Shown here piece by piece: positions 1-8,893 of a stretch of 43,309 nt of DNA. Under the pieces are notes generated by a model. The model was not told the DNA's origin, did no database searches, and saw only the letters and a program-made list of their open reading frames with translations. Made by a program: the position numbers and the translations under genes. The stretch is from a virus: the IMG/VR virus record IMGVR_UViG_3300045988_023625, positions 1 through 43,309 of that record; one strand, given 5' to 3'. Positions within the stretch are counted from its first letter, which is position 1; every line of letters starts with the position of its first letter.

Positions 1-53
1 TTCCGTGGGCTTGCCCATCTTGATACTCACCGTGCCGTCGCGGTGGTCAGTGA
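1..53. repeat. Terminal overlap copy 1 (identical to 43257..43309)
   Basis: Read directly: ttccgtgggcttgcccatcttgatactcaccgtgccgtcgcggtggtcagtga occurs at both ends of the window. Confidence 0.97.
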
Positions 54-324
54 TGGCCCCGCTCAGGCTGTATTCGCTGTTGTCCCACTCGTTGACGACC
101 TCTTCGGTCTCGCCCGTGGGCTGGCCGTCGTTGTCCAGCTTGTCCACCGTCTCGCGCAGCACGATGCTCCACGGCGTATTGTCGGGCAGCAGCGCCGCGA
201 CCTCGGCGGCGGTCATCGTGAGCGTGATGGTCTTGGTGTCACGGTCGCCCCACGCGCGGTCTTTGGGGTTGCCGTTGATTTCCGCGGGGTATTCAGTGTT
301 GTTGACTTTGATGTAAATTGCCAT
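1..324 (-). CDS. N-terminal 108 codons of a wrap-around tail-associated protein (continues at 43256; 266 aa in total)
   Basis: ATG at 324..322 follows an AAAGGA RBS. The frame runs off position 1 and, because 1..53 equals 43257..43309, continues in frame into the track ORF 42780..43286. The shared peptide is DGTVSIKMGKPTE. The plus-strand track ORFs 5..316 and 43..330 are antisense artefacts. Confidence 0.8.
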   Translation of the reverse strand, partial: MAIYIKVNNTEYPAEINGNPKDRAWGDRDTKTITLTMTAAEVAALLPDNTPWSIVLRETVDKLDNDGQPTGETEEVVNEWDNSEYSLSGAITDHRDGTVSIKMGKPTE

Positions 325-342
325 AAATAATCAGTCCTTTCT

Positions 343-1812
343 TTAGAAGCAGAAGCCGAAGGCCACGCTCATCTCCTCGCTCGCGAAGTTGGCGTCGGCG
401 ATGCCGTTGAGGCCGACAAGGCAGAACTTCTCGGAGTCGCTGTTTTTCGGAGAGCGCTCCCACCAGTCGGCCTCGATGCCGTTTCGGGTCTTTTTTTTGT
501 TGTTGTTGTCCGCCTTGTAGTAGTCGTACTGCGTTCCCTCGCCCTTATAGGAATGAGTGACGCTGCCGAAAATCTCGATCTCGCTCAGCAGGAACAGCTT
601 GTCCGCCGTGGTTTTTGGGCGGATGCTGCTTCTCAACATTGTCTGCTTATTCACCTCCCGGATGCCGTTCTGTACTTCTATCGGCATCAGCGCCAGAATG
701 GCAGGCAAGTGCGTCTGCCGCATGGCGCAGCTCGTCCAGCCGCTCTTGCTGGTGTCGGAGCTATTCATCTGCTTTGTGTCCGCGTAGCAGTCGTGCAGCT
801 GGAAGGTCAGCGGTGCCTTTCCGCCCGCAGTGTAGGTGTCGTGGTTCTTACCGATGATGTCGATTAGATAGTCCGAGCCACCAATGGTCATGGGTTTCTG
901 GTCTGCTACCTTCCACGTTTCCGGCACTTCGTTGTTATGACACGCAGCGATGATTTGCTCCCACGTGTTGTTGGCAAACACAGGGTCGTAGCTCGGCTTA
1001 AACGTAATGTCATACCCCGTGCCGTCAATCAGCGTCCTGCCCTTGAGGATGTTGTACACCGTGCCGTTTACCATGCACTTGCCGCCCTTCACGGTGTAGG
1101 CCGTGCCGTTGATGAGGGTCTTGTGTGCGGTGAGGTCAACTGGCGGCGTGACGTTGCCGCTGTCGTCGACGAGGGCGTCAGAGGGAAGAACCAAAGCGGG
1201 GCGGATACCGATCGAGCTGGGTGGGCCGAGGCTGCGGTAGTTGCCGCTGGAGAGGACGCGCCACACGGCGTTGGTGGTGTTGGTGCTTGGAGAGCGGAGC
1301 CACCAGTAGGCGGCCGAGCCGTTCAGGTACGCAATACGTTTGTTGTTGGCGGACGTGTCGGTCCCAGACTCAAAGTAGTCCAGCTTCGCGCCATCCTGCG
1401 GGAAAAACGAGTTGTCGCTGGTCGTCCAGCCTACTTCGTAGCCGGACAGCAGGAATATCTTCGCGGACAGACCGTTCACGCCGCTCTGGTCAACGCCGCC
1501 AGAACCGCCGTTCTTACGGTACGGGATCTTGACCTGCTTGATAATGCCTTGGATATTGCTGTCGAATAGGTTGAAGAATGGTCCGTTAAGGTAAGTGTTG
1601 ATATCGCTGGTTTCGTACTTGTTTACATCGGAGTTGTGCCACTGACGGTTCTCGTAGATGTCCTTCATCAGCAGCCAAGTGCCGTTGCAGCTTGCGTCAT
1701 ACATGCTGCTCGGCAAGCCCTGATGGACGACGATGAACTCTTTTGCCGCACCGCCGACTTTCAGCTTGACGATGCTGCCGACGGCCTTGGTGCCGAGTTT
1801 TACATTTGCCAT
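343..1812 (-). CDS. Receptor-binding/tail fibre-like protein with two DUF6273-like domains
   Basis: 489-aa ORF. The motif set appears twice: KIFLLSGYEVG ... AYWWLRSPS ... GIRPALVL, then KLFLLSEIEIFG ... DWWERSP ... AFGFCF. It sits at the end of the tail module. Confidence 0.7.
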   Translation of the reverse strand: MANVKLGTKAVGSIVKLKVGGAAKEFIVVHQGLPSSMYDASCNGTWLLMKDIYENRQWHNSDVNKYETSDINTYLNGPFFNLFDSNIQGIIKQVKIPYRKNGGSGGVDQSGVNGLSAKIFLLSGYEVGWTTSDNSFFPQDGAKLDYFESGTDTSANNKRIAYLNGSAAYWWLRSPSTNTTNAVWRVLSSGNYRSLGPPSSIGIRPALVLPSDALVDDSGNVTPPVDLTAHKTLINGTAYTVKGGKCMVNGTVYNILKGRTLIDGTGYDITFKPSYDPVFANNTWEQIIAACHNNEVPETWKVADQKPMTIGGSDYLIDIIGKNHDTYTAGGKAPLTFQLHDCYADTKQMNSSDTSKSGWTSCAMRQTHLPAILALMPIEVQNGIREVNKQTMLRSSIRPKTTADKLFLLSEIEIFGSVTHSYKGEGTQYDYYKADNNNKKKTRNGIEADWWERSPKNSDSEKFCLVGLNGIADANFASEEMSVAFGFCF

Positions 1813-1824
1813 CTTCGTCCCTCC

Positions 1825-3480
1825 TTAGCCGTACACCCAGTTGATGGCATAGTTCTCGGTCGGCGTGGTCTCAACGTTCACCAGCGTCTGCTTGACGATG
1901 TTGCCGCTTGCGATGTAGTCGCTTCCGCGCGTCGCTGCCACAATGCCGCCCGAGCCGTTGCCCTTGAGGAGAGCGGTGGTGCTCGGTGCGCTGGCAATCG
2001 TTACCGCGCCCGTCTTGCCGTTGACCGATGTGACGGGATACGGCGGTGGATTTGCGGAAGAGTACTGTCTCTCATTTGCAACGTTGCCAAGGCCGACGTC
2101 GCTCTTACTCACGCTCTGCAACGCGCTGTCAGCCTTGCCCAAACTCGTCTGCACGTCGTCTGCAAGGTCAGTCTTAGCAACTTTGTCTTTGAATGCAAGA
2201 GCTTTGAGGTCGCCTAACCACTTGGCAATCTTACCAAGCAGTACCGACAGTTTCTCGCCGGTTGCGATGTTTGCACGGGTGCTCGCCGCAGTGAACGCCG
2301 CTGTGACGTTACTACCGTCGCCGGTCTTGTCCAGCTTGCCGGAAATGTCCTGATGCTGCGTCAGATAGCCGCTGTCGTTGGTGAGTTGAGAGGTCTTTGT
2401 GGGGATTTTAGCGCGAATGTCAGGGTGTGCCGTCTCGCTCTCGTTGTGTGCTTTGATTTGCGCGGACACATCCGGCGTGGGAATCTTACCAATCTCGTCA
2501 TCAACGTATTTGTAGATGTCCGTCCGCTTGCCCCGCGGGTCGTAGACGCTTGCGAGCATATCGCCAGCGCCTTGACCGTTCGCACCGTTATAGACCTCGA
2601 AGTCAAACGTCGTGCCGTCTGTCAGGGTGATGGTATATACGTCGCTCGTGCCGGGGGCGTGTGTGCCGCTCTTGAGCGCGATGCCGGAAATGCCGTTGCC
2701 GGGTGCACCCTGCGGGCCGATAGCGCCCGTGCCGCCGCGCGGAAGGCCGAAGACGAGCTTATAGACGTTGTCCACAAGGAATTTGCTCACCGTCGCGGGC
2801 TCGCCCGTCTCAAGCGTGACCGCCTCGACGATCATGTTGACGATGGCATCGCGCGCCGCTTGTGCATCGGTCTTTGCCGTCTCCGCCGCAGACTTGGCAG
2901 AAGCAGCGTCCTCGGCGCTCTGAGCGGCCTGTGTGGCTTTCTGCCCCGCAGAGGTCGAACTATCCGCCGCCGCGTTCTTTGCGCTCTCAGCGGCTTCCTG
3001 TGCCGATTCCGCCGCCGTCTTTGCGGTCTGTGCTCCGGTCTGCGCACTCTCCGCCGCTTTCTGCGCGTTGGCGGCGCCGGTCTGTGCGCCCTTTGCCGCC
3101 GTCTCAGACTTGGCAGCATTGTCCGCCGCCGTCTGCGCGGCCTGCACCTTCTCGTCGACGCCAGCCGCAGATGCAGCAGCAGCCGACGCAGAGGACGCCG
3201 CCGCCTTTGCCGACGCATCCGCCGCAGCAACCTTATCGTCAATGCCCTGTGCGGCGCCCGCGGCCTTTTCAGCCGATGCAGCCGCCGCGTCAGCCGATGC
3301 CTTGGCGTTGTCGGCATATTCCTTTACGCCCTGCACTTCTGCCGCAACAGCGTCCTTGGCGTACTGCACGACCTGACTGCCCTTGAGCTTCTTCGCCTCG
3401 CCGTTCTGCTGCAAGACGAAAAGGTCTTCTCCTGTGATTTGTAACGCTTGGGTGAGGTCGGAAATTGCTTTATCAGCCAT
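1825..3480 (-). CDS. Tail fibre protein with a long Ala-rich coiled-coil stalk
   Basis: 551 aa. N-terminus AISDLTQALQITGEDLFVLQQNGEAKKL is fibre-like. About 170 aa are Ala/Gln/Ser/Lys-rich low complexity, followed by a short G-x-y stretch (GTGAIGPQGAPGNG) and a globular C-terminus. Confidence 0.75.
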   Translation of the reverse strand: MADKAISDLTQALQITGEDLFVLQQNGEAKKLKGSQVVQYAKDAVAAEVQGVKEYADNAKASADAAAASAEKAAGAAQGIDDKVAAADASAKAAASSASAAAASAAGVDEKVQAAQTAADNAAKSETAAKGAQTGAANAQKAAESAQTGAQTAKTAAESAQEAAESAKNAAADSSTSAGQKATQAAQSAEDAASAKSAAETAKTDAQAARDAIVNMIVEAVTLETGEPATVSKFLVDNVYKLVFGLPRGGTGAIGPQGAPGNGISGIALKSGTHAPGTSDVYTITLTDGTTFDFEVYNGANGQGAGDMLASVYDPRGKRTDIYKYVDDEIGKIPTPDVSAQIKAHNESETAHPDIRAKIPTKTSQLTNDSGYLTQHQDISGKLDKTGDGSNVTAAFTAASTRANIATGEKLSVLLGKIAKWLGDLKALAFKDKVAKTDLADDVQTSLGKADSALQSVSKSDVGLGNVANERQYSSANPPPYPVTSVNGKTGAVTIASAPSTTALLKGNGSGGIVAATRGSDYIASGNIVKQTLVNVETTPTENYAINWVYG

Positions 3481-3682
3481 CAGTTACCTCGCTTTCCTTC
3501 TCGGGATTTGTCTTGCCCTCTTTGGCGGGCGGCTCGTCCGGCTTGTCCAACTCGGCAAAGGCATTTTCGAGGTTCTGCATCGCCATTGCCATGCGCTTAG
3601 CCTCGCTGCCCTTAACATAGATGCCGGTAATCATGGCATATGCACTGTTGATCTGCTCCCGCAGTTTGTTTTTGTCCATCAT
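3473..3682 (-). CDS. Small coiled-coil protein in the tail-fibre module (possible fibre assembly factor)
   Basis: Start MMDKNKL at 3682 after an AGGAGTGATA RBS. Its 3' end overlaps the start of the fibre gene. Confidence 0.55.
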   Translation of the reverse strand: MMDKNKLREQINSAYAMITGIYVKGSEAKRMAMAMQNLENAFAELDKPDEPPAKEGKTNPEKESEVTDG

Positions 3683-3690
3683 TATCACTC

Positions 3691-4116
3691 CTATCCTGAT
3701 ACGTTCCAACTGCCGGTATAGACGTATGCGTCGTATGCGTCCCAGCCGTTGGTGTAAATGTATGGGGTGTATGCTTGATTGTTGATGTATACGGCAGTGC
3801 TTGAGCTGTCGCTGTACGTCGTGGCTGTGCCCTCATCGCTGTAATCGGAGACTGTCCAATCGCCGTTCCAATAGAAGAGATTGCAGACCCACTCGTACTG
3901 CTCGCCGGGGGAAAGCCCTGTGATATAGCCCGAAAACGTACTCGTGCCGCCGCCCGTTTCCGCTGACGTAAACTCAAATGTTCCAACGCCGATGACGCGC
4001 ACGTCAATAGAGCGCTTATAGCTGTAATCATCTGCGCCTCCCGTGAATTTGGCATAGACTTCGAGCATCGTTCCGTCTCCATCCACCGGTGAGAGCGTGC
4101 AGTAAAATCGTGCCAT
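3691..4116 (-). CDS. Tail-module protein, beta-rich, function unknown
   Basis: 141-aa ORF, Tyr/Thr/Gly/Ser-rich, located between tail-tip and fibre genes. Confidence 0.6.
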   Translation of the reverse strand: MARFYCTLSPVDGDGTMLEVYAKFTGGADDYSYKRSIDVRVIGVGTFEFTSAETGGGTSTFSGYITGLSPGEQYEWVCNLFYWNGDWTVSDYSDEGTATTYSDSSSTAVYINNQAYTPYIYTNGWDAYDAYVYTGSWNVSG

Positions 4117-4124
4117 GTGTCACC

Positions 4125-5192
4125 TCACTGCAAAAGGAAGAACAGTTGACCGTACTGTGGGTTGCTTGGGAGCTTTGAGCCGTACATTTTCGAACCTACC
4201 AGCAGCGGCCCGCCGCCGAGGGATACAACATCACTTAGCGTAATAAATGCGCCGTCATAGGCAGAAAGATAAATCTTGCCTCCGGAATTGAGCTGAATGC
4301 CGCCATATGTCGTATTGATGGCAATGCCGTAGCCGGTCGTTGTGTAAGCAAGCTCGATACTGCCGATAGATTGATTGCTGCTTGCCAACAATTCGACTGT
4401 GCGCCCGCGCAGCTTTTCCGCCGTAATGCTCGTCTCGTCGATATACGTTTCGATAGCTCTATCGACCTCGCTTGCGCTTAGGCCTGCGTTGTTGTCGACA
4501 TAGGTTTTCGTTGCGTAGTTCGAGCCGTCCTTGAGATCGCCGACGCGGATGCTGCCGGTCTGGATTTGGTCAGCCGTCAGCGTACCCTTGATATTTGCCG
4601 CAGCAACGTACAGATTGTCCGTCTTGATGCTGCTGCCGTTGATCTTGGTCGTGCCGCTCGCGTCCGTCACCGTCAGGCCGTCCAGCGTGGTCTTGACCTC
4701 GGTGTACTTGCCGTCGATCCCCTCGACCTTGAGCATGATCTCCTCGCTCGTCTTGGTGATGATGGAACGAGTTTGAGCAATCTTTCGGTCAAATTCCTGT
4801 TTGATATAACCTCCGGATGGATATTCGTCATCCATCTCCAACTCACCAGGGGAGGCAATATCTGCGTACCCTCGCCCGTTATCAGCAATGCGAGAAAGCG
4901 GAGAATAGACCCCTCCGACATTCACGCCGTCGCCAAGCTCCGCGGCGGGGTCGATGTTAGCCGCGCCAGCTTCGTATGCCTGATATCGATACCCTTTCAT
5001 TCGTTGCAGCAAGGCGTTTACCATCGCTTGTGTTGCGTGAGGGCAACTTGCAGTGATCTCCATGCCGGTATCATCGCCAGCCGTCAAGCTGTTCTCGTCA
5101 TCCACAAGCAGCGTCACACGGGAGATAGGCTTGTACTTGCCATTGTCGGCAAAGCTTGTAACGTCTCCGCCGACGTAATATTTTTCAGACAA
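4125..5192 (-). CDS. Tail tip/baseplate-associated fibre-like protein
   Basis: 355-aa ORF overlapping the upstream gene by 8 nt. The central region has fibre-like repeats (KINGSSIKTDNLYVAAANIKGTLTADQIQTGSIRVGDL). Confidence 0.6.
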   Translation of the reverse strand: MSEKYYVGGDVTSFADNGKYKPISRVTLLVDDENSLTAGDDTGMEITASCPHATQAMVNALLQRMKGYRYQAYEAGAANIDPAAELGDGVNVGGVYSPLSRIADNGRGYADIASPGELEMDDEYPSGGYIKQEFDRKIAQTRSIITKTSEEIMLKVEGIDGKYTEVKTTLDGLTVTDASGTTKINGSSIKTDNLYVAAANIKGTLTADQIQTGSIRVGDLKDGSNYATKTYVDNNAGLSASEVDRAIETYIDETSITAEKLRGRTVELLASSNQSIGSIELAYTTTGYGIAINTTYGGIQLNSGGKIYLSAYDGAFITLSDVVSLGGGPLLVGSKMYGSKLPSNPQYGQLFFLLQ

Positions 5193-5862
5193 GGATTCTC
5201 ACCCCTCCAAATGTGATAGCGTTGCCCGCTTCTGTAATAAGATAGTTCGTCTCAGCAGGCATGGACAACAGCGGGATAAGCAATAGTTTTCCTGCATCGG
5301 TAATAATCCAGTTCCCGCCGTGCGCCGCTGCGATAAAACATAGCTCATTGCGGATAGTGTAGTCGTTTGCAGGATAGTCGATGGTATATGAGTTGTTGAG
5401 CACTGTGCGGCTGTCCAGCTCCACGCTCATCAACTGGCAAAAAATATTTACAGCGTCAGGCATAGTCATCGGGAAGTTAAGCGACTGGTCTGGTTCCCAC
5501 ACAACGTCCGCTTTACGCATTGCGTCATATGCTTCGACCTCCCAATAATCGCCGTCGCGAGAGCGCTTGTTGGTAAAAAACACGCCCTTTGAAATCCACG
5601 CGGTCACCTGAGAGCCGTTTACCAGCCTGAGATAGCGCTTGATCGTCGCGGCGCGCGGGATATTGTCTGCAATGACTGCAAGTTTTAACGTCGCGCAACA
5701 GGCATTGCCAATCCCGAACTCCTCAAACAACTGCGATTCAACGGAGTGGGAAACTTCTGCATCTTTTCCGTACTCTACGTCGTTGATGACAAATTTGAAT
5801 TCGCGCTCCGTCCCGGGCTTGTGGAGCAAATCATGCCACAGCGCACTTGTTGTCTGCCCCAT
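5185..5862 (-). CDS. Tail component downstream of the tape measure (Dit/Tal position)
   Basis: 225-aa ORF. The call rests on synteny only. Confidence 0.5.
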   Translation of the reverse strand: MGQTTSALWHDLLHKPGTEREFKFVINDVEYGKDAEVSHSVESQLFEEFGIGNACCATLKLAVIADNIPRAATIKRYLRLVNGSQVTAWISKGVFFTNKRSRDGDYWEVEAYDAMRKADVVWEPDQSLNFPMTMPDAVNIFCQLMSVELDSRTVLNNSYTIDYPANDYTIRNELCFIAAAHGGNWIITDAGKLLLIPLLSMPAETNYLITEAGNAITFGGVRILV

Positions 5863-5863
5863 G

Positions 5864-6223
5864 TTACACCTCGATCAAATTAAACGTCGCGCCGCCCCAC
5901 ACCTCGTTATCGTCTGCCGCTTCTTCAAGCGTGCATTCCATCGACGAGCAATAAAACGTGCTGGTTCTCACGCCGTGCAGGTCGAGGTATTGAACGGTAC
6001 AGGTGGTTTTATTGAGATCATCATCAAGTTTTGCCAGCACCTCGCGTTTAACGGAGCGCGTTGTATAGCTCAGTTTCCGTTTTGTGGTGATCTTGTCGCG
6101 CCGCATCTTGCCATCTTTGGTACGGGTGGTCTTGTCGCTGTCAAGGTCGTTTCTGCTCCACCCGTACCCTTTCGTTGCGATTGCGGACGAGTAATCCGTG
6201 CCGTTGATAATAAGGACTTCCAT
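5864..6223 (-). CDS. Small tail component immediately after the tape measure
   Basis: 119-aa ORF. Its stop lies 1 nt from the start of the next gene. The call rests on synteny only. Confidence 0.5.
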   Translation of the reverse strand: MEVLIINGTDYSSAIATKGYGWSRNDLDSDKTTRTKDGKMRRDKITTKRKLSYTTRSVKREVLAKLDDDLNKTTCTVQYLDLHGVRTSTFYCSSMECTLEEAADDNEVWGGATFNLIEV

Positions 6224-6234
6224 GTTTTCCCTCC

Positions 6235-8196
6235 TTAGTACAGCAGCACGGGCTTACCCGCCGCGCGCGTCATGTTGTTGATATTCTTCACGGTGCTGCG
6301 TGCGATTTCCTTACCGTCGAGCTGCACCACGACCGTGGTTGTTCCGCCGCCGGATTCCGCCATAGCCTGCTTAAATGCGTCAACCATCGTTGCAAGCGGC
6401 GTTTCAATGTTCGTCCCGCTTTTCTGGTCGCCCAGCACGGCAAGAAATTCTTTGTTGGGGGGAATAACTGCACCGGTCGCCAAACGCGGCAAACGAACCT
6501 CAGAGAGCGAAGAAATATGCCCGCCGATGCTTTTGCCGCCGACACCGGGAACCCAACTCGGAACAGTAAACTTGATCGTATTGATTTTACTAATCAGCCA
6601 GTTCAAGCCTTTAATGACGGCATTGATGGCGCTCTCGGCAATAATAACGATGCTGTTCCAGATGCCAGAGAAAACTTTTTTGACACCTTCCCACGCAGAT
6701 TTCCAGTTGCCCGTGAACACGCCCTTGATAAATTGGATAATTCCCCCGAGGATATTATCTTTCAAGTTTCTGGCAAACTCTGTCAAATTACCTGTAAGCG
6801 CAAGCGCCGCCGTAACTACAGATGCGATGCCAGCAATAACAAGAGGGATAACGCTGCCGGTCAGAAAAAAGAACCCAAGCCCCGTTGCCACAATGCCAGC
6901 AATCAATAACAGCGTATTTTGAAGATTTGCACCGTTATCACAAATGTCCTTAAACGCTGTGATAATCATTGCTGCGCCAGCCACTACAAGGCCGATGCCC
7001 GCGCCGACTTTGCCGAATGCGATTGCAAGCCCCCCGGCAAGCGCCGCTGTGCCTGCAAGCATTTCGAGCAGATTCCCCCAGTTGACGCCGTTATTCCATG
7101 CGTCGGATAAGCCGTCCCACAGAAGAATCAATCCGCCAACCGCGATAAGGATGCCGCCAAGCTTTTGCAAAATAGTGCCAAGCACACCCGGCAAGCTGCT
7201 GCTGATTTTCCACAGCGCTAAGCCTGCCGCAATGAGCATGACTGCATCAGCGATTTTCTTTAAGCGGTCGCTGATGTCGTCCATGTAGCTAAAGTCCGGA
7301 GTGATTGCGTCAGCAGATGCACCGCCGCCCGTATCGTTTGCGGTATCGGTGGAAATCTGGTTGATCTCATCAAACGCCGCAAGCTGACTCGCCGCTTTTT
7401 TCGCGGCACTTCCCGTTCCCTTTAATGCGCTGGTCTCTTTGTTCAGAGCCTTTGCCGAGTTAGCAGTTGCCTTAACGCTCTTGCCGGAGATAAGCGCCAC
7501 AAGACGCGTAATCTGTGAGACTACTGCTGTGATAACTTTTACAAGCAGTGTAAAGGCGGGGACAATTACACTTACAAGAGGCTGCGCCAGCGTCAAAAGC
7601 GCTCCTTTAAGCTGCGCAATGGATTCTCTTGCATCGGAGTTTACCATTACGACATTTTTTACCCAGTCGCGCACTTTTGTTAATGCTTGGGTAATAACTG
7701 TAAAAACAAGTGCACTGCGGACAACAGATTTTAAGCGCTGTCCAAATACTTTCATGGAATCTGCCGCCGCTTCGGTTGCATTGCGCAGCCCTGCGCCTTT
7801 GGCTCTGCCCTCGATCTGCTGTGTTAGCTCGACTGCCTGCGTTTTCGCGTCGGAAATCTTGTCGCCGGTTTTGTTGAGCTTTTCGTTGAGCTTATCAATG
7901 CTATTTGCAGTTTTGTTAAATTCGCTTTGCAGCATTCGCACGCGCTCGGCCTGCTCGGACACGTCGATTTTCTCATACGTGCCTTTTGGCGCTGTGCGCA
8001 TATCGGCAAGCACCTGTTTTGCCGCATCCAGCTCTGCGCCGATGTTGCGTAGCCGGTCTTCCATTGGCGTTTTCTGGTCGTTTAGCCGGTTGAATTCCTT
8101 TTGTAAGGATTCGATATTGCTTTTAACTTTGTTCAACTCCTGATGGAGTTTTTTGTCGCTAATAGTCGCTTCAAATACGACTTCGCCGTCAGCCAT
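6235..8196 (-). CDS. Tail tape measure protein
   Basis: 653 aa from MADGEVVFEATISDKK (ATG at 8196, RBS AGAAGGTGA). Coiled-coil N-terminal half, multiple Gly/Ala/Ile-rich hydrophobic segments, position after the chaperone/Gp15 genes. The track extension to 8370 overlaps the promoter and start of the plus-strand moron and is rejected. Confidence 0.85.
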   Translation of the reverse strand: MADGEVVFEATISDKKLHQELNKVKSNIESLQKEFNRLNDQKTPMEDRLRNIGAELDAAKQVLADMRTAPKGTYEKIDVSEQAERVRMLQSEFNKTANSIDKLNEKLNKTGDKISDAKTQAVELTQQIEGRAKGAGLRNATEAAADSMKVFGQRLKSVVRSALVFTVITQALTKVRDWVKNVVMVNSDARESIAQLKGALLTLAQPLVSVIVPAFTLLVKVITAVVSQITRLVALISGKSVKATANSAKALNKETSALKGTGSAAKKAASQLAAFDEINQISTDTANDTGGGASADAITPDFSYMDDISDRLKKIADAVMLIAAGLALWKISSSLPGVLGTILQKLGGILIAVGGLILLWDGLSDAWNNGVNWGNLLEMLAGTAALAGGLAIAFGKVGAGIGLVVAGAAMIITAFKDICDNGANLQNTLLLIAGIVATGLGFFFLTGSVIPLVIAGIASVVTAALALTGNLTEFARNLKDNILGGIIQFIKGVFTGNWKSAWEGVKKVFSGIWNSIVIIAESAINAVIKGLNWLISKINTIKFTVPSWVPGVGGKSIGGHISSLSEVRLPRLATGAVIPPNKEFLAVLGDQKSGTNIETPLATMVDAFKQAMAESGGGTTTVVVQLDGKEIARSTVKNINNMTRAAGKPVLLY

Positions 8197-8208
8197 AATG
8201 TCACCTTC

Positions 8209-8237
8209 TTGCTTTTTGGTTTTTTGCGTGATATCAT
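8209..8237 (+). promoter_or_regulatory. Sigma-70-type promoter of the DUF4352 moron
   Basis: TTGCTT (8209-8214), 17-nt spacer, extended -10 TGaTATCAT (8229-8237). RBS AAGGAGGAA lies upstream of the ATG at 8275. Confidence 0.55.
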
Positions 8238-8274
8238 CCAAGAAGCCATAAATAATGGCAAGGAGGAATGAAAA

Positions 8275-8853
8275 ATGGATAAGATGACTACTTGCAAGGT
8301 ATGCGGGGCATCTATCGCAAAATCCGCTACCACTTGCCCGCAGTGTGGAGCCAAGCAGAAAAAGCGCCACCCAGTATTGGGGATTATCATTGCTATTTTC
8401 GGCATTTGCATGATTGCCGCCGCATTAAACGGCATGGGCGATGATTCTGGCGCGGAGAAACAAACATTTAGCGTTGGAGAAACCGCCGAGCTAAACGGAA
8501 TCAGTGTAAAGTTTGATTCTTGCACCGAAAGCAATGGATCGCAGTTCAACACCCCTGATGATGGCAATGCGTTTTTGCTTTGCGAATTCTCCATTGATAA
8601 CCAGTCGGATAAAGATATTGCCGTTAGCTCTATCGCATCGTTCAACGCCTATGTTGATGACTACTCGACAAATCTGAGCATTTCAGCCACCATCGCAACC
8701 GATAAAACTCAGTTAGACGGAGCTATTGCTGCCGGTAAGAAAATGACCGGCGTTGTCGGATACGAAGTCCCCAAAGACTGGAAAGAAATTGAAATTCGCT
8801 TCACTCCCGACTTTTGGTCTGGAAACGAAATTACATTCATTGCAGACAAGTAA
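8275..8853 (+). CDS. Zinc-ribbon, TM, DUF4352-like extracellular domain protein (moron; possible superinfection exclusion)
   Basis: 192 aa. Contains CKVCG..CPQCG, the TM segment VLGIIIAIFGICMIAAAL, and a beta-rich domain with FLLCEFSIDNQSDKDI and GVVGYEVPKDWKEIEIRF. It is on the opposite strand to the flanking tail genes and has its own promoter and terminator. Confidence 0.75.
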   Translation: MDKMTTCKVCGASIAKSATTCPQCGAKQKKRHPVLGIIIAIFGICMIAAALNGMGDDSGAEKQTFSVGETAELNGISVKFDSCTESNGSQFNTPDDGNAFLLCEFSIDNQSDKDIAVSSIASFNAYVDDYSTNLSISATIATDKTQLDGAIAAGKKMTGVVGYEVPKDWKEIEIRFTPDFWSGNEITFIADK

Positions 8854-8860
8854 CCACCCT

Positions 8861-8893
8861 CGCCCGATGCTATTTTGCGTCGGGCGTTTTTTT
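8861..8893 (+). terminator. Intrinsic terminator of the moron
   Basis: Stem CGCCCGA (8861-8867) pairs with TCGGGCG (8880-8886), followed by seven T (8887-8893). Confidence 0.75.

Noticed and set aside
5-330. Plus-strand ORFs 5..316 and 43..330 at the window start
   Set aside because: They are antisense to the N-terminal part of the wrap-around ORF, which has a clear ATG and RBS and continues in frame across the 53-bp overlap.
2353-3444. 363-aa plus-strand ORF, plus the other track ORFs 2832..3317 (-), 2862..3386 (+) and 2933..3376 (+)
   Set aside because: These are alternative or antisense frames of the Ala-rich low-complexity stalk of the tail fibre gene. They are extremely Arg/Cys/Pro-rich and are artefacts of the compositional bias.
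6235-8370. Track version of the tape measure ORF with a 58-aa N-terminal extension
   Set aside because: The extension is antisense to the promoter, RBS and first 32 codons of the plus-strand DUF4352 gene, and it looks non-protein-like. A good RBS precedes the internal ATG at 8196.
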